Origin: Longimicrobiales bacterium
GTDB taxonomy: Bacteria; Gemmatimonadota; Gemmatimonadetes; Longimicrobiales; Gaopeijiaceae
Reading direction: 5' to 3'
NCBI GenBank assembly: GCA_041690395.1
Contig: JAWLHJ010000003.1
Location: 448,001 to 512,000 of the forward strand
Length of the DNA stretch: 64,000 nt
This document shows, piece by piece, positions 18,986 to 30,417 of the stretch. How positions within the stretch are numbered: the first letter of the stretch is position 1; each line of letters begins with the position of its first letter. Under the pieces are notes generated by a model. The model had not been told where the DNA came from. It searched no databases and was given only the letters and a program-made list of their open reading frames with translations. A program made the translations under genes and the position numbers.

Positions 18986-19204
18986 CTGGACCTCGGCACA
19001 ACTCGTGTGCGGTAGCTAAGCGTCGATCGCGCTCCATTCGGTGAACCTTCATAGGCGTCGCGCGCCCGGTCCCTTCCAACCTACGCTGCCTCGCAAGCGG
19101 CGGTCAAGCGCTCTCGGCGCCGGTCTCGAGGGGCCGGGCACGGAAGGGGCGACACCTCTTCGATCCGTCCACGGGACAAAGGGTTGCCCCCGATGGCCCA
19201 CCGC

Positions 19205-21109
19205 TCAAATCGGTACGCTGCGGCCGTCCTCGAGCCTGAGCGTGACGCCCCGCGTGTCGAAGAAGTTGAGGAGCGGAATGAGGTGCTTCCGGGTGACGTC
19301 GAGCGCGTCCCTGAAGTCCGCGGGACCGAGCCCGCTCCGGCCCCCGAGCGCGTCCCGGACCCGCGCCTCGGCGGCGGTCAGATGCTCGCTGGTCACGTAC
19401 AGATCGTCGGCCACCTGGGCCACGCTCCCTTCCCGCTCGAGCCAGTACAGCAAGGACCACAGGTCGGCACGACCCTTCAGCGCTTCGGGCATCTCCTCGA
19501 CGAACGGAGGCGCGAGTCCACCTGCCGCGAGGATCTCCAGCAGCTGCTCCGTAGCCCGTCGCTGGTCGTCCGTGAGCGTGGGCTCGTGCTCCGGCGCGCG
19601 GACCCCACCGGACTCGGAGACGAGCGCCCCCTCGGCCAGAAGCTCATCGATGACGGCGTCGGCCAGCCCGGCGGGTGCCCATGACGGAAGCACCGCCCGG
19701 ACCGCCGCGAGCGCCACGGAGGCGCGCAACCGGTCGCGCTCGTGCTCGGCCCGCACCGCGGCCAGGACCTGCTCCCTGGCATCCGCCCAGACCCGACCGG
19801 ATACGGCGTGATCGGCGGCCATCCGCACGCCCGCGTCCACGAGGGCATTGAGCGCCGCCCGGACCCGGGACTCCGAAAGCCCCGAGCGAACGGGGAGCTC
19901 GCTCCGGGCCACCCCTGCCCAACCCGCCAGGTCGAGCAGCGACGACACCGCGGCCGCGTCGTCACCTTCGAGCGCGGACTCGAGCGCCGCGCGGGTCGGG
20001 GCGTCGAGCTCGCTCCGCTTGCGTGGATGGGACTCCGCCACGACTCCGCCGGCGATGGTCGTCACGGGCGAATAGGAGCGGAGGACGAGTCGGTCCCGTC
20101 CCCGTGCCATGAGCGGTTCCTCGAGCCGGAGCTGCATCCACCCGGTCTCTCCGGGGAGCAGCTCCTCGGCCTCCAATGCCACGCATCGCGCCAGCACCTG
20201 CGCGGTTCCGTGGTGCACGTGCACCCGCTGGTTGTGCGCGAGCGTCCACTCGCTGTCGCCAAGGACGTGCGCGCGCACGGTGAGCATGTGGGTCGGCGAC
20301 CAGGCTTCGGACGTGACGAGCGTGGCGCCGCGCTCGACGACCTCGCGATCCGCGCCGCTACCCGCCAGCGCCACGGCCGTCCGCTCTCCGGCCCGGGCCG
20401 CGTCGGCCGAGCGGCCGTGCACCTGCAGCCCGCGGACGCGCGCCTCCAGGTCCTGGGGCATCACCCGCACCCGATCGCCCTGGCTGAGCGTGCCGCTCCA
20501 GAGCGTGCCCGTCACGACCGTGCCGGTCCCCTGGATGGTGAACACCCGGTCGAGCGGGAGGCGGACGAGGTCGTCGTCTCCCCGGTCCGGCACGCGCGCG
20601 CCCACCTCGGAGAGCCGCCCGAGCAGCTCGTCGAGGCCCCGCCCCTCCACGGCCGACGTGGCCACGCGCGGCGCCCGCTCGTAGGCCGTTCCGTCGAGGA
20701 GGTCGTCCACGTCGGCCTCGACGAGTTCCAGCCACTCCGGCTCCACGAGGTCGGCCTTCGTGTACGCCACCACCATCTCCGGCACGCCGAGGAGCCGCAC
20801 GATCCCGAAGTGCTCGCGGGTCTGGGGCATGACGCCCTCGTCGGCGGCGACGACCAGGAGCACGACGTCCATGCCCGCGGCGCCCGCCAGCATGGCCCTG
20901 ACGAAAGCCTCGTGGCCCGGAACGTCGACGACGCCGAAGCGTGGCCCGTCGTCGCGGCTCAGCTCCGCGAAGCCGAGCTCGATGGTGATGCCCCGGGCCT
21001 TCTCCTCCTTCAGACGGTCGGTGTCGATGCCCGTGAGCGCCCGGACGAGCGCCGTCTTGCCGTGGTCGATGTGTCCGGCGGTTCCAAGGATGAGGCGATC
21101 CCGGCTCAC
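19205..21109 (-). CDS. selB: Selenocysteine-specific elongation factor
   Basis: [31 protein letters not shown]-terminal [17 protein letters not shown] overlap with recO. Confidence 0.93.
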   Translation of the reverse strand: MSRDRLILGTAGHIDHGKTALVRALTGIDTDRLKEEKARGITIELGFAELSRDDGPRFGVVDVPGHEAFVRAMLAGAAGMDVVLLVVAADEGVMPQTREHFGIVRLLGVPEMVVAYTKADLVEPEWLELVEADVDDLLDGTAYERAPRVATSAVEGRGLDELLGRLSEVGARVPDRGDDDLVRLPLDRVFTIQGTGTVVTGTLWSGTLSQGDRVRVMPQDLEARVRGLQVHGRSADAARAGERTAVALAGSGADREVVERGATLVTSEAWSPTHMLTVRAHVLGDSEWTLAHNQRVHVHHGTAQVLARCVALEAEELLPGETGWMQLRLEEPLMARGRDRLVLRSYSPVTTIAGGVVAESHPRKRSELDAPTRAALESALEGDDAAAVSSLLDLAGWAGVARSELPVRSGLSESRVRAALNALVDAGVRMAADHAVSGRVWADAREQVLAAVRAEHERDRLRASVALAAVRAVLPSWAPAGLADAVIDELLAEGALVSESGGVRAPEHEPTLTDDQRRATEQLLEILAAGGLAPPFVEEMPEALKGRADLWSLLYWLEREGSVAQVADDLYVTSEHLTAAEARVRDALGGRSGLGPADFRDALDVTRKHLIPLLNFFDTRGVTLRLEDGRSVPI

Positions 21110-21867
21110 GAGGTGACGCCCTCGTCGGCGGGGAGGCGGTCGGCCAGGAAGACCAGCGTCTTGAGAGGCTTCGACACGACGTGGTGCACCATGAAGTCCG
21201 AGACCAGGGCCAGATGCCGCCTGGGATGCACGAAGTCGTCGGGCGGGCGGCCGTCCAGCAGCGCGAGGAGCTGATCGCGGGCGACGGGGCCCACACGCGG
21301 CCCGACCGCTCCCGCGCCGCAGGCTTCGCACCGCACCCCGCCCGCCTCGAAGTCGAAGCGGGCCAGCTCATCGCCCCCGAGCGACCGGCCGCACAGGACG
21401 CACGCCCCGAGCTCGGGGGCGAATCCGAAGGCGGCGGTGACGCGCCAGAGCGCGGACAGGACGCGGGCCGGGAGCTCCGGCGTGGGCGCGTCGTCCAGGC
21501 GGTCCAACTCCTCCTCCAACGTCTCGAAGAGGAACGGGTGGGGCTCCTGCTCCGCGTGCGACAGGACGAGCTCGGCCAGGCACGACGCGCCCGCGAAGCG
21601 GAGGATGTCGAGCGGGATCCGGGACCTCGAGCGCTGGGCCGTGAAGTCCTTCATGGTATGCAGGTCGCCGTGCGGCTTCACGTACGCCACCAACTCGCCG
21701 GACGCGAAGCTGTTCGCCACCGAGCCCCCCTTCCCGCTCCGGCCCCGCACGCCGCGCGCGACGACGCTCAGGAGGCCGTGCTCGAGGGTGTAGAACCGCA
21801 GAATCCGGCTGGTGTCGCCGTAATCGAACCCACGCAGCAGCACGGCCGCCGTCCCGACGGGCGCCAC
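21106..21867 (-). CDS. recO: DNA repair protein RecO
   Basis: [25 protein letters not shown]; CxxC...CxxC zinc motif. Confidence 0.9.
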   Translation of the reverse strand: MAPVGTAAVLLRGFDYGDTSRILRFYTLEHGLLSVVARGVRGRSGKGGSVANSFASGELVAYVKPHGDLHTMKDFTAQRSRSRIPLDILRFAGASCLAELVLSHAEQEPHPFLFETLEEELDRLDDAPTPELPARVLSALWRVTAAFGFAPELGACVLCGRSLGGDELARFDFEAGGVRCEACGAGAVGPRVGPVARDQLLALLDGRPPDDFVHPRRHLALVSDFMVHHVVSKPLKTLVFLADRLPADEGVTS

Positions 21868-21868
21868 G

Positions 21869-23038
21869 TCAGGATTCCGCCCTCAGCTTACGGAGCAGCT
21901 CGGCGCGACGGGCCTGGTAGGCCGCGCGCTCCTCGGCGGTGGGGTCGGGCTGGGCTTCGAACGTCTCGTCGAGGCGCGCGATCTCCATGAGGAGCGCCTG
22001 GCGGTCGGCCGCCGCGGTTCCCGCTCGGGCGCCGCCGGCGAGGGCGCCGGCTCCCGCCCCCGCTGCGTCTCCGGCAGCCTCGGTCGACGACAGGCCACGC
22101 AGCACGACGATGGCCGCCACGGCCAGCGCGAGCGCCACGACCACCGTGATCCATTCGACCGGCAGATCGCCCGGAGTCTCGGCTTCGACCACCCGCACGC
22201 GGTCCGGTCCGACATTGGTGGCCGAATACCGGCGGTACGTCGAGCCCGCCTCGAGCTCCACCCGCCCGATGAGGTCGAGCCCTTCCACGCCGACACGCGG
22301 CGACGGCTCACGAACGAGGAGGTCGAAGGCTTCGGTCAGCCCCGGCGTCGGCACGGTGCCGAAGATCTCGTCGACGGAGTAGCGGAAGACGAACACCCGC
22401 TCCCCCGGCGCGACGGCCGCCCGCACGACCACGTCCCCGTCCTCGACGGTCGTACCGTCGAGGGAGAACCCGTCCTGGCCAGAGGTGAAGTCCCGCGCGC
22501 CCTCGACGAGGGGATAGCGCCAGACGAAGCCGTCCTCGGGCGCCACCAGCGTTCGTCCGTCGTCGTTCCGCAGCTGGAAGATGTCGGTGACGCGCCACTC
22601 CTCCCCATTCGGCTCGAAGAACAGGTTGCGCGCCTGGATCGGGATCTCGTGGCCCCCGGAGGCCACCATGGCCGTGTCGTATGCCTGGATCCGGTAGATG
22701 GAGTCGAGCTGTGCGACATCGGCCAGCGCGGAGCCGAAGTAGAGGATCCCCTCGTGACGGATGGAGGCGAAGTAGAAGCGGTCGGCGGCGCCGAGCGGTG
22801 CCTCGGGGAGGGTGAAGCTGAACGTGCCGTCGGGCGCGACCGCCACCGAGTCGATCTCGCCCTGGATCTCGCTCGTCACCTGGTGCAGAACGACGGTCCC
22901 CACGTCCAACGCGGAATCGCCCACCAGGACCTCGCCACGAAGCGGCGGAACGTCCTGCGCCTGCGCCCACGCACCGACGGGCGACAGGAACGGGGCCGTG
23001 AGGACAGTCAGGGTCGCGACGATTCGGATCCAACGCAC
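21869..23038 (-). CDS. Hypothetical exported, membrane-anchored protein
   Basis: Signal peptide, beta-rich domain, one TM helix and a C-terminal helical hairpin. Confidence 0.7.
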   Translation of the reverse strand: MRWIRIVATLTVLTAPFLSPVGAWAQAQDVPPLRGEVLVGDSALDVGTVVLHQVTSEIQGEIDSVAVAPDGTFSFTLPEAPLGAADRFYFASIRHEGILYFGSALADVAQLDSIYRIQAYDTAMVASGGHEIPIQARNLFFEPNGEEWRVTDIFQLRNDDGRTLVAPEDGFVWRYPLVEGARDFTSGQDGFSLDGTTVEDGDVVVRAAVAPGERVFVFRYSVDEIFGTVPTPGLTEAFDLLVREPSPRVGVEGLDLIGRVELEAGSTYRRYSATNVGPDRVRVVEAETPGDLPVEWITVVVALALAVAAIVVLRGLSSTEAAGDAAGAGAGALAGGARAGTAAADRQALLMEIARLDETFEAQPDPTAEERAAYQARRAELLRKLRAES

Positions 23039-23104
23039 GGCGATGCTCCGGTGGGGCCCGAGCTGGGCGGCATGGATGGGAATGGGGCGCCCCGGCGGAG
23101 GCGA

Positions 23105-23641
23105 CTAGGGGTTGAAGCGGCCGAAATCTTCCGGATTCAGCTTACGCAGATGCTCCTTCAACTCGTCCGGACCCATGGACTCGGGCTCGACGACCTTCTC
23201 CTGGACGTCGAACGGGAGATCCACGACCGCCTCCTCGTCGGCGACCTCGATGGACGCGGTCTCGAGCAGGTCGTCCTGTGCGAAGATGCGGGCGTCGACA
23301 CGCAGCGCCACGGCGATGGAATCCGACGGGCGGGCGTCGAGCGAGAAGACCTCCCCGTTGCGGCGCACGATGAGCTCCGCATAGTACGTGCTCTTCTCGA
23401 CCCGCGTGATGATCACCTTCTCGAGCATGCCGCCCAGCCCCTTCATGACCGAGCACAGCAGGTCGTGCGTGAGAGGGCGCGCGAACTCCATGTCCGCGAG
23501 CTGCATCGCGATCGCGCTGGCCTCGCCCGGTCCGATCCAGATGGGCAGGACACGCTCACCCTCCATTTCCTCGAGGATGACCACGGGGGTGTTCGATGAA
23601 CGGTCGAGCGCCAAGCTCTGTACTCTGACCTCTACCAACAC
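23105..23641 (-). CDS. Bifunctional nuclease family protein (DUF151)
   Basis: LPIWIGPGEA, RPLTHDL, DARPSDSIAVALR. Confidence 0.9.
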   Translation of the reverse strand: MLVEVRVQSLALDRSSNTPVVILEEMEGERVLPIWIGPGEASAIAMQLADMEFARPLTHDLLCSVMKGLGGMLEKVIITRVEKSTYYAELIVRRNGEVFSLDARPSDSIAVALRVDARIFAQDDLLETASIEVADEEAVVDLPFDVQEKVVEPESMGPDELKEHLRKLNPEDFGRFNP

Positions 23642-23774
23642 GCGGGAGATTCCTCCGCACCGGAGTCGTGGCGGGGCCGGCTCGGCCCGCTCGCACCCCC
23701 CAATACTCCGAAGCACCGCCCGGGTTCTCGTGAACCCGGACGGTGCTCAGTGGGACCCGGGCTCGCCCGGAGGC

Positions 23775-24956
23775 TCAGCCGCCGACGGCCGTCTTCAGGT
23801 CGTCGATCCGGTTGGTCAGCTCCCATGGGAAGAACTGTGCCTCCGCGTCCCCGCCGGCCGACGGGACCCGCTTCTCGGGCGTGCGGCCGAAGTGGCCGTA
23901 CGCCGCGGTCGGCGTGTAGATCGGCTTCAGCAGGTCGAGGTTCTCGATGATCTTCTTCGGACGGAAGTCGAACACGTCGGACACCGCAGCGGCGATCTCG
24001 GCCTCGGGCAGCTCACTCGTGCCGAAGGTGAGCACGCGGATGGACACCGGCTCGGCGACCCCGATCGCGTAGGCGAGCTGGATCTCGCAGCGACGGGCCA
24101 GGCCGGCGGCCACCACGTTCTTCGCGGCCCAGCGCGCGGCATACGCGGCCGACCGGTCCACCTTCGACGGGTCCTTGCCGGAGAACGCGCCGCCCCCGTG
24201 GCGACCCACGCCGCCGTAGGTGTCGACGATGATCTTGCGGCCCGTCAGGCCCGCGTCTCCGTGAGGCCCGCCGATGACGAAGCGTCCGGTCGGGTTGATG
24301 TGCAGCACACAGTCGTCCACGTCGAACATGTCGGCGGGAAGGACGGGCTTGATCACGCGGTCGATGACGGTCTCACGGATCTCGCCGTCGCGCACGTCGG
24401 GGTCGTGCTGGGTGCTCACCACGACCGTGTGCACGCGAACCGGCTTGTCCCCGTCGAACTCCACCGTGACCTGGGCCTTGCCGTCCGGCCGGATCCACGG
24501 CACCTGGCCCTCGCGACGGACCCACGCGAGGCGCTGCGTGATCCGGTGCGCGAAGTGGATGCTGGCCGGCATCAGCTCCGGCGTCTCGTCGCTGGCGTAG
24601 CCGAACATCATCCCCTGGTCCCCGGCGCCGCCCGGATCCACGCCCATGGCGATGTCGGGGGACTGCTGGTCGATGTTCGTGAGCACCGCGCAGGTCATCG
24701 CGTCGATACCGAGCTGCGCGTTGGTGTAGCCGATGCGCTGGAGGGTCCCCCGGACGATGTCGGGGAGATGCACGTAGGTCTCGGTCGAGATCTCACCGGC
24801 GACGAGCGCCATGCCCGTCGTGACCAGCGTCTCGCACGCCACCCGCGAGTTCGGATCCTTGGCGAGCAGGTGATCGAGGACGGAGTCGGAGATCTGGTCC
24901 GCGATCTTGTCGGGGTGACCTTCGGTGACGGACTCGGAGGTAAACAGGTTCTTCAA
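23775..24956 (-). CDS. metK: S-adenosylmethionine synthetase
   Basis: [28 protein letters not shown]. Confidence 0.97.
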   Translation of the reverse strand: MKNLFTSESVTEGHPDKIADQISDSVLDHLLAKDPNSRVACETLVTTGMALVAGEISTETYVHLPDIVRGTLQRIGYTNAQLGIDAMTCAVLTNIDQQSPDIAMGVDPGGAGDQGMMFGYASDETPELMPASIHFAHRITQRLAWVRREGQVPWIRPDGKAQVTVEFDGDKPVRVHTVVVSTQHDPDVRDGEIRETVIDRVIKPVLPADMFDVDDCVLHINPTGRFVIGGPHGDAGLTGRKIIVDTYGGVGRHGGGAFSGKDPSKVDRSAAYAARWAAKNVVAAGLARRCEIQLAYAIGVAEPVSIRVLTFGTSELPEAEIAAAVSDVFDFRPKKIIENLDLLKPIYTPTAAYGHFGRTPEKRVPSAGGDAEAQFFPWELTNRIDDLKTAVGG

Positions 24957-25047
24957 GGTGTCCCTTCCCGGGAATCGGCTTCTAATTACGCGAATCGAGC
25001 GGTCCTATCCGGATATTCGGATAGGTCGAGCCTTCTAGGCTATTGGA

Positions 25048-26826
25048 TCAGTCCGGGACCGACAAGCTCCATCGTCCCTGGAATACCTTCAGATCGACGG
25101 AGTCGCCGATCCCGGCTACCAGGCAATCGGTCACGTCCTTGCTCGTGGGCGCGGCCAGGGCCTTGCGGGCCGCGGTGCGCGCGTCCTCGACGCGGATGTC
25201 CCGGATGAACTTCTTGATCTCCGGAATCGAAGGCCAGGACATCGACAGCGTGGTGATGTCGAGGCCGAGGAGGAGGAAGGCCCCGAGCGGCGTCGACGCG
25301 AGCTCTCCGCAAACGCTCACCTCGATGCCCGCGGCCCGGCTCACCCGAGCCACCTGGTGGAGCAGCCGGACTACCGCCGGGTGGAACGGGTTGTAGAGCG
25401 GCGCCAGGCGCGTGTTCGTCCGGTCGACGGCCAACGTGTACTGCACCAGGTCGTTGGTACCGATCGAGAAGAAGTCGCAGTGGCGCGCGAGCTCCACCGC
25501 ATCGAGGGCGGCCGCGGGGGTCTCGATCATGACCCCGAGCTTGTATCCGGAGTTGTACGGGATGCCGCGGTCGCTGAGGTACTCCTCCTCTTCCTCGAGG
25601 AAGGCCCGAACCTTCCGGACCTCCTCGACGTCGTTCACCAACGGGAGCATCATGCGGATGTCCCCGTGGGCCGTAGCACGCAGGAGCGCCCGGAGCTGAG
25701 TCCGGAAGAGCTCGGGCTCGTCGAGGCACACCCGGATCGCACGCCAACCGAGAAACGGGTTCTCCTCCGTGGGCATGTTGAGGAACATGGGGAACTTGTC
25801 GCCGCCCAGGTCGAACGTCCGGATGTACACGGCCCCTCTGGGAAAGGCCTCGGCGACCGCCCGATATGCTTCGTACTGCTCTTCCTCGCCCGGCATGGCG
25901 CTCCGCCCCACCACCAGGAACTCGGTCCGGAAGAGACCGACGCCGACCGCCCCGTGCGCCTCGGCCTGAACCGCCTCTGAGGGCAAGTCGAGATTCGCCC
26001 GGAGCTCCACGTACTGGCCGTCTCGGGTCACCGACTCGAGCGAGGCGATGACGGCCATCTCCTCCTCCCAGTCGGTCAGACGGCGCTGCCGCTCCTTGAA
26101 GCGCAGCTGCTCGTCGTCCGTGGGATCGAGCACGACCCGGCCGATACGGCCGTCGATCACCGCGTGTTGCCCCTCGACGGCATGCTTCGACACCGTTCCG
26201 AGCCCTACGACGGCCGGAATGTGGAGCGCGCGCGCCAGAATCGCCCAGTGCCCCGTCCGCGTGCCGTGGTCCGTGGCGATGCCCTTCACCTGCGTCGGGT
26301 CGAGCTGGACCACGAGGCTCGGGGTCAGGTTCGGCGCGACGACGATCACGCCCGGTCCGAGGGCGGGGACGTCCGAGGGATCGTGATCGCCCAGGAGCCT
26401 GCGCAGCACCCGGATCATGAGGTCCTCGAGATCGTTGAGCCTGTCGAGGACCATGGGGTTGCGGGTGCGGCTCCACATGGCCTGGAGCTCGAGCATACGC
26501 CACTCGAAGGCGCGCTGCGCCGTGAGCCGGTTCTCGCGGATATACCGGAGCGTACCCTCGACGACCTCGGCGTCTTCGAGCATCAGGATCTGAGGCTCGA
26601 AGATGCGCGCCTCGACGGCGCCGAGGCGCTCCTCGGTCGCGCCCTGCATCTCCTCGAGGCGCTCCGCGGCCCAGGCACGGGCTTCGTGGAAGCGCTCCAC
26701 CTCGACGTCGATGCGGTCTTCCGGCACGGTTTCGTGCGGTACGACCGGCACGCCCCAATCGAGCAGGAAGACGTTGCCTTCCGCGATCCCTTCGGACGCC
26801 GGAGAGCCGTCGAGTGTGATGGACAT
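25048..26826 (-). CDS. ptsI: PTS enzyme I
   Basis: GTRTGHWAILARAL, GVGLFRTEFL, ENPFLGWRAIR, DFFSIGTNDL, VCGE. Confidence 0.95.
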   Translation of the reverse strand: MSITLDGSPASEGIAEGNVFLLDWGVPVVPHETVPEDRIDVEVERFHEARAWAAERLEEMQGATEERLGAVEARIFEPQILMLEDAEVVEGTLRYIRENRLTAQRAFEWRMLELQAMWSRTRNPMVLDRLNDLEDLMIRVLRRLLGDHDPSDVPALGPGVIVVAPNLTPSLVVQLDPTQVKGIATDHGTRTGHWAILARALHIPAVVGLGTVSKHAVEGQHAVIDGRIGRVVLDPTDDEQLRFKERQRRLTDWEEEMAVIASLESVTRDGQYVELRANLDLPSEAVQAEAHGAVGVGLFRTEFLVVGRSAMPGEEEQYEAYRAVAEAFPRGAVYIRTFDLGGDKFPMFLNMPTEENPFLGWRAIRVCLDEPELFRTQLRALLRATAHGDIRMMLPLVNDVEEVRKVRAFLEEEEEYLSDRGIPYNSGYKLGVMIETPAAALDAVELARHCDFFSIGTNDLVQYTLAVDRTNTRLAPLYNPFHPAVVRLLHQVARVSRAAGIEVSVCGELASTPLGAFLLLGLDITTLSMSWPSIPEIKKFIRDIRVEDARTAARKALAAPTSKDVTDCLVAGIGDSVDLKVFQGRWSLSVPD

Positions 26827-26836
26827 AGGCCTCGCC

Positions 26837-27124
26837 TTACGCCTCGATCTCGTCGAAGCCCGAGCTCACCAGCTGCTCGAGCGCCCGGACCGCGTCTTCC
26901 GCGTCCTCACCCTGGGCGACCACCGTGAGGTGGCTCCCCTGGGCCGCGGCCAGCATGAGCACGCCCATGATGCTCTTGCCGTTCACCGACAGCCCGTCCT
27001 TGGCGACGGTGATCTCCGACCGGAACCGCCCGGCGAGCTTCACGAACTCGGCAGCCGGGCGGGCGTGCATGCCCGCTCGGTTGACGATCTCGACGTCGCG
27101 CTCGACGCGATCCGGTTCAGTCAT
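26837..27124 (-). CDS. ptsH: Phosphocarrier protein HPr
   Basis: GMHARPA and NGKSIMG motifs. Confidence 0.95.
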   Translation of the reverse strand: MTEPDRVERDVEIVNRAGMHARPAAEFVKLAGRFRSEITVAKDGLSVNGKSIMGVLMLAAAQGSHLTVVAQGEDAEDAVRALEQLVSSGFDEIEA

Positions 27125-27873
27125 CTGAGCATCCCCCATGTCGCAAGAAGCGCGATCGTGGCCACTGCCACGACCGCGGCCGGTCTCCATACGTGATGGC
27201 CCACGAAAAGGCCCACCGTGAAGCCCAGAACGGCCAGCCCGGTCCAGAGCGCACCGGCGTCGCCGAGCCCTCCGGCGCCGCCCAGAAGGGCGCCGAGCAG
27301 AACGCCGAGCACCACGACCCCCCAGGAGCGGAGCCTCGTCGTCCATGCGGAAAGACCGGCCGCCGCGAGACGCCCGGCCACGTTCCGGCCGGCGGCCAAC
27401 CCCGTGCGGAAGCCCCAGAGGCGCAGGCCCACGTGCCCCGTATTGTACAAGAGGAGGAAGAGCCCCGCCGCGAGCCAGCCGGGAACCCCGAGCCAGTACA
27501 GGCCCACCGCGGCCATGGAAACCACCGGCAGCCAGGTGGCCCAGACCAGAGCGTCGCCGAGCCCGCCCAGCGGCCCCCGGACGGCGGTCTTGAAGCGCCG
27601 CACGGTCTCGGGGCCCGCCTCGTCGGCTTCGAGACGGAGGCTCGCCCCGAGCGCGACGCTCGCCAGATACGGATGAGCGTTGAAGTGCTCGAGGTGCCGG
27701 CCGACGGCGGCCTCCATCTCGGCCTCGCGCCCACGGAACAGGGCGCGAATCCCGGGGACCATGGCGAAGCCGAAGCCGGTCCCGATCATCGTCCGGTAGT
27801 TCCAGGACGCCTGGATCAGAAAGGAGCGCGCGAAAGTACGCGCCAGCGCGGTGGGCGGAATCCGGGCGCTCAC
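27121..27873 (-). CDS. PTS mannose/fructose/sorbose-family EIID
   Basis: QASWNYRTM, HLEHFNAHP, GPLGGLGDALVW. Confidence 0.9.
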   Translation of the reverse strand: MSARIPPTALARTFARSFLIQASWNYRTMIGTGFGFAMVPGIRALFRGREAEMEAAVGRHLEHFNAHPYLASVALGASLRLEADEAGPETVRRFKTAVRGPLGGLGDALVWATWLPVVSMAAVGLYWLGVPGWLAAGLFLLLYNTGHVGLRLWGFRTGLAAGRNVAGRLAAAGLSAWTTRLRSWGVVVLGVLLGALLGGAGGLGDAGALWTGLAVLGFTVGLFVGHHVWRPAAVVAVATIALLATWGMLR

Positions 27874-28529
27874 AGGATCCTGGCTCCCACCAGCCCGAGC
27901 GCGATGCCGATTACGAGCCGAACACGGTTGGTACGGAACCCCCCGAAGTCGCGTAGCAGGATACCGAGCGACACAGCGGCGCCCAGAAGTACCAACCCCA
28001 TCGACGAGGGAGCGTCGAGCGGCCAGATCGGCGCCAACCCGCCCACGACCGTGCGACCGAATACGAGTCCGCCGGCCACCACGACCGCGCCACGGAAGAA
28101 GTCGAGCGCGACCGTCCCCGCGTGAAGCCACGCGACCGCCGACGCCGACGGGGTCGGATCGTCCTCGGCGGGAACGAGCGACGCGTTGAGCCGGCGCAGT
28201 CCGGTGATCGAGAAGCCTCCGACATGCCCCCACACCAGCCCGACGGCCACGGCGAGGGCGAGCGATCCGGGGCCTCCCGTCGTCGCGGCCGAGCCCACGG
28301 CCACCACGGTGGCGGTCGCACCCTCGGGGAAGCGGGAGCCACCGGTCGGAAAGGAAACGAGCAGGTAGAGCTCGAGCACCGCGCCGATCGTCGCCCCGAG
28401 AACCGGCTCGCCCATCAGCCAGCCCGTCACGGTGCCGGCCACGAGCGGACGCGACAGCATGAACTGCCCGACCGAAGTTCCGTCGAGTCCGAGTAGCCCG
28501 CCGAGCGCGGAAAGACCGAGCAGACTCAT
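27870..28529 (-). CDS. PTS mannose-family EIIC
   Basis: QFMLSRPLVAGTVTG...GAVLEL; hydrophobic; operon context. Confidence 0.85.
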   Translation of the reverse strand: MSLLGLSALGGLLGLDGTSVGQFMLSRPLVAGTVTGWLMGEPVLGATIGAVLELYLLVSFPTGGSRFPEGATATVVAVGSAATTGGPGSLALAVAVGLVWGHVGGFSITGLRRLNASLVPAEDDPTPSASAVAWLHAGTVALDFFRGAVVVAGGLVFGRTVVGGLAPIWPLDAPSSMGLVLLGAAVSLGILLRDFGGFRTNRVRLVIGIALGLVGARIL

Positions 28530-28544
28530 ACCACGCTCCGGCCG

Positions 28545-29045
28545 TCAGGCATCTTCGGTGACCTCGGCGAGCCCGAGCTCCCGCGCCAGGTCGACCTTGG
28601 GCGCGTCCGGCAGGTCACGTGCCTGGACGCGCGCCCCGGCGTCCAGAATGTGCTGGAGGTCTTCGATCTCGTCGGGAGACAGGTGGACGTAGGTCAGCAC
28701 CTTGGTCCGTCCCGGGGCGTGGTGGAGGCCGCCGACGTTCACGGTCCGCCCCACCATCCCGCCGCTTTCGGCGAGTCGGCGCATGGTCGCCAGATCCCGG
28801 GTCAGCACGATGGTGCGGACAGGATCGGCCCCGTACCCCTCCAGCGCGTCGATCGCATCTGCGGCCGTCTCGAAGGACACCTCGGCGCTCCCCGCACCGA
28901 GCCGATACAGCTCCTGCTCCCACTCGCTGTCGGCGATCGCGTCGTCGACGACCACGTACCGGTCGGGGCGCAGCTCGTGCCCCCAGCCGATCACCACCTG
29001 ACCGTGGATCAGTCGCTCGTCCACCCGATACAGCAAGACGGGCAC
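28545..29045 (-). CDS. PTS mannose-family EIIB
   Basis: RVDERLIHGQV, NVGG. Confidence 0.9.
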   Translation of the reverse strand: MPVLLYRVDERLIHGQVVIGWGHELRPDRYVVVDDAIADSEWEQELYRLGAGSAEVSFETAADAIDALEGYGADPVRTIVLTRDLATMRRLAESGGMVGRTVNVGGLHHAPGRTKVLTYVHLSPDEIEDLQHILDAGARVQARDLPDAPKVDLARELGLAEVTEDA

Positions 29046-29047
29046 CG

Positions 29048-29455
29048 TCAGCCCCCGCGACCGGCGTCCACGCGCACCGGCCGGATCGCCTCGCGTGAGC
29101 GCTCCACCAGGCGCTCCACCAGCTCGTCGAACGGAAGGGCACGGCTGAACACGAAGTCCAGCAGCATGGGGAGGTTCACCCCGGTCAGGACGACCCGGTC
29201 GGAGCAGGCACGACACGACGCCAGCGCCGCCGTGCAGCAGCTTCCCGCCTGCAGGTCGACGAACACCATCGCCGACCCACCTCCGGCCGCCTGGTCGATC
29301 GCGCCTCGCAGGTCGTCGGGGGACATCCCCTCGTTCGAGATGGGCACGAGCGCGTTGGCGCTGTCGCCCGCGATACGCCGCACGGCATCGACGAGGCCGT
29401 CGGCCATCCCGCCATGCGCGATGACGATCCCGATCGGGGGGTCGAGCTCACTCAT
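29048..29455 (-). CDS. PTS mannose-family EIIA
   Basis: IVIAHG, VFVDL..GS, TGVNLPML. Confidence 0.9.
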   Translation of the reverse strand: MSELDPPIGIVIAHGGMADGLVDAVRRIAGDSANALVPISNEGMSPDDLRGAIDQAAGGGSAMVFVDLQAGSCCTAALASCRACSDRVVLTGVNLPMLLDFVFSRALPFDELVERLVERSREAIRPVRVDAGRGG

Positions 29456-30413
29456 AGTCCTGCTCCAGATACTGCCGGAGTCTCTTGTCGAACGAATCCG
29501 CGGCATTGATGCCGGAGTACGTGAGGAGGTGGTTCATCGCCACGACCTCGGAGATCACGGTGATGTTCTTCCCCGGGTTCAGCGGCACCGTGACCTTCGG
29601 GATCTGGACCCCCAGGATCTCGTGCGTGTCCTGGTCGAGACCCGTCCGCGAATAGTGGTTGTCCTGATCCCACATCTCGAGCCGGACGACGACCTCGATA
29701 CGCTTCTGCTGCCGGATGGCCGTCACGCCGAAGAGCGACGAGATGTCGATGATGCCCACGCCGCGGATCTCCATGTGGTGCCGTTGCAGCTCGTGGCCCC
29801 GCCCCATGAGCACGTCGTTCCCGGTCCTGCGTACCATGACGAGATCGTCGGCCACCAGCCGGTGTCCACGCTCGACCAGGTCGAGCACGCATTCGCTCTT
29901 GCCCACGCCACTCTCCCCGATGAAGAGGAGCCCCACGCCGTAGACGTCGGCCAGCGACCCGTGCAGGGCCGTCGTCGGCGCGAGGACCATCTCCAGAAAG
30001 GGCTTGATGCGCCGGTAGAAGTGGCGCGTGCTCTCGCTCGAGCGGAGCACCGGGATCGAGCGCGCGCTCGCCAGCTCCAGGAAGTAAGCGGGGATGTCCT
30101 GACCCTTGGTGACGAAGACCGCGGGCACCTCGAAGCCGAAGAATGCCCGCAGGCGCTCGCGGGCCTCCGCCTCCTGCAGCGCGGCCATGTAGGTCATCTC
30201 GGTCTCGCCGAAGACCCAGAGGCGACCGTCCGGCACCCTCTTGGTGTGGCCGGCCAGCGCGAGTCCCGGCGAGGTGATGTCGGAGTCGTCGGTGGACCCG
30301 TCGAGGGCCACCCCCTCGTTCATCAACTCGAGCCCCAGGGACTCGCGCTTGGCCTCCAGGATCTCCCGGACGGAGACCCGCTTCGGCTCTTCAGCCGCGG
30401 GAGCCGAAGTCAC
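29448..30413 (-). CDS. hprK: HPr(Ser) kinase/phosphorylase
   Basis: GESGVGKSE..L.LVERGHRLVADD, MEIRGVGII. Confidence 0.95.
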   Translation of the reverse strand: MTSAPAAEEPKRVSVREILEAKRESLGLELMNEGVALDGSTDDSDITSPGLALAGHTKRVPDGRLWVFGETEMTYMAALQEAEARERLRAFFGFEVPAVFVTKGQDIPAYFLELASARSIPVLRSSESTRHFYRRIKPFLEMVLAPTTALHGSLADVYGVGLLFIGESGVGKSECVLDLVERGHRLVADDLVMVRRTGNDVLMGRGHELQRHHMEIRGVGIIDISSLFGVTAIRQQKRIEVVVRLEMWDQDNHYSRTGLDQDTHEILGVQIPKVTVPLNPGKNITVISEVVAMNHLLTYSGINAADSFDKRLRQYLEQDYE

Positions 30414-30417
30414 GTCT

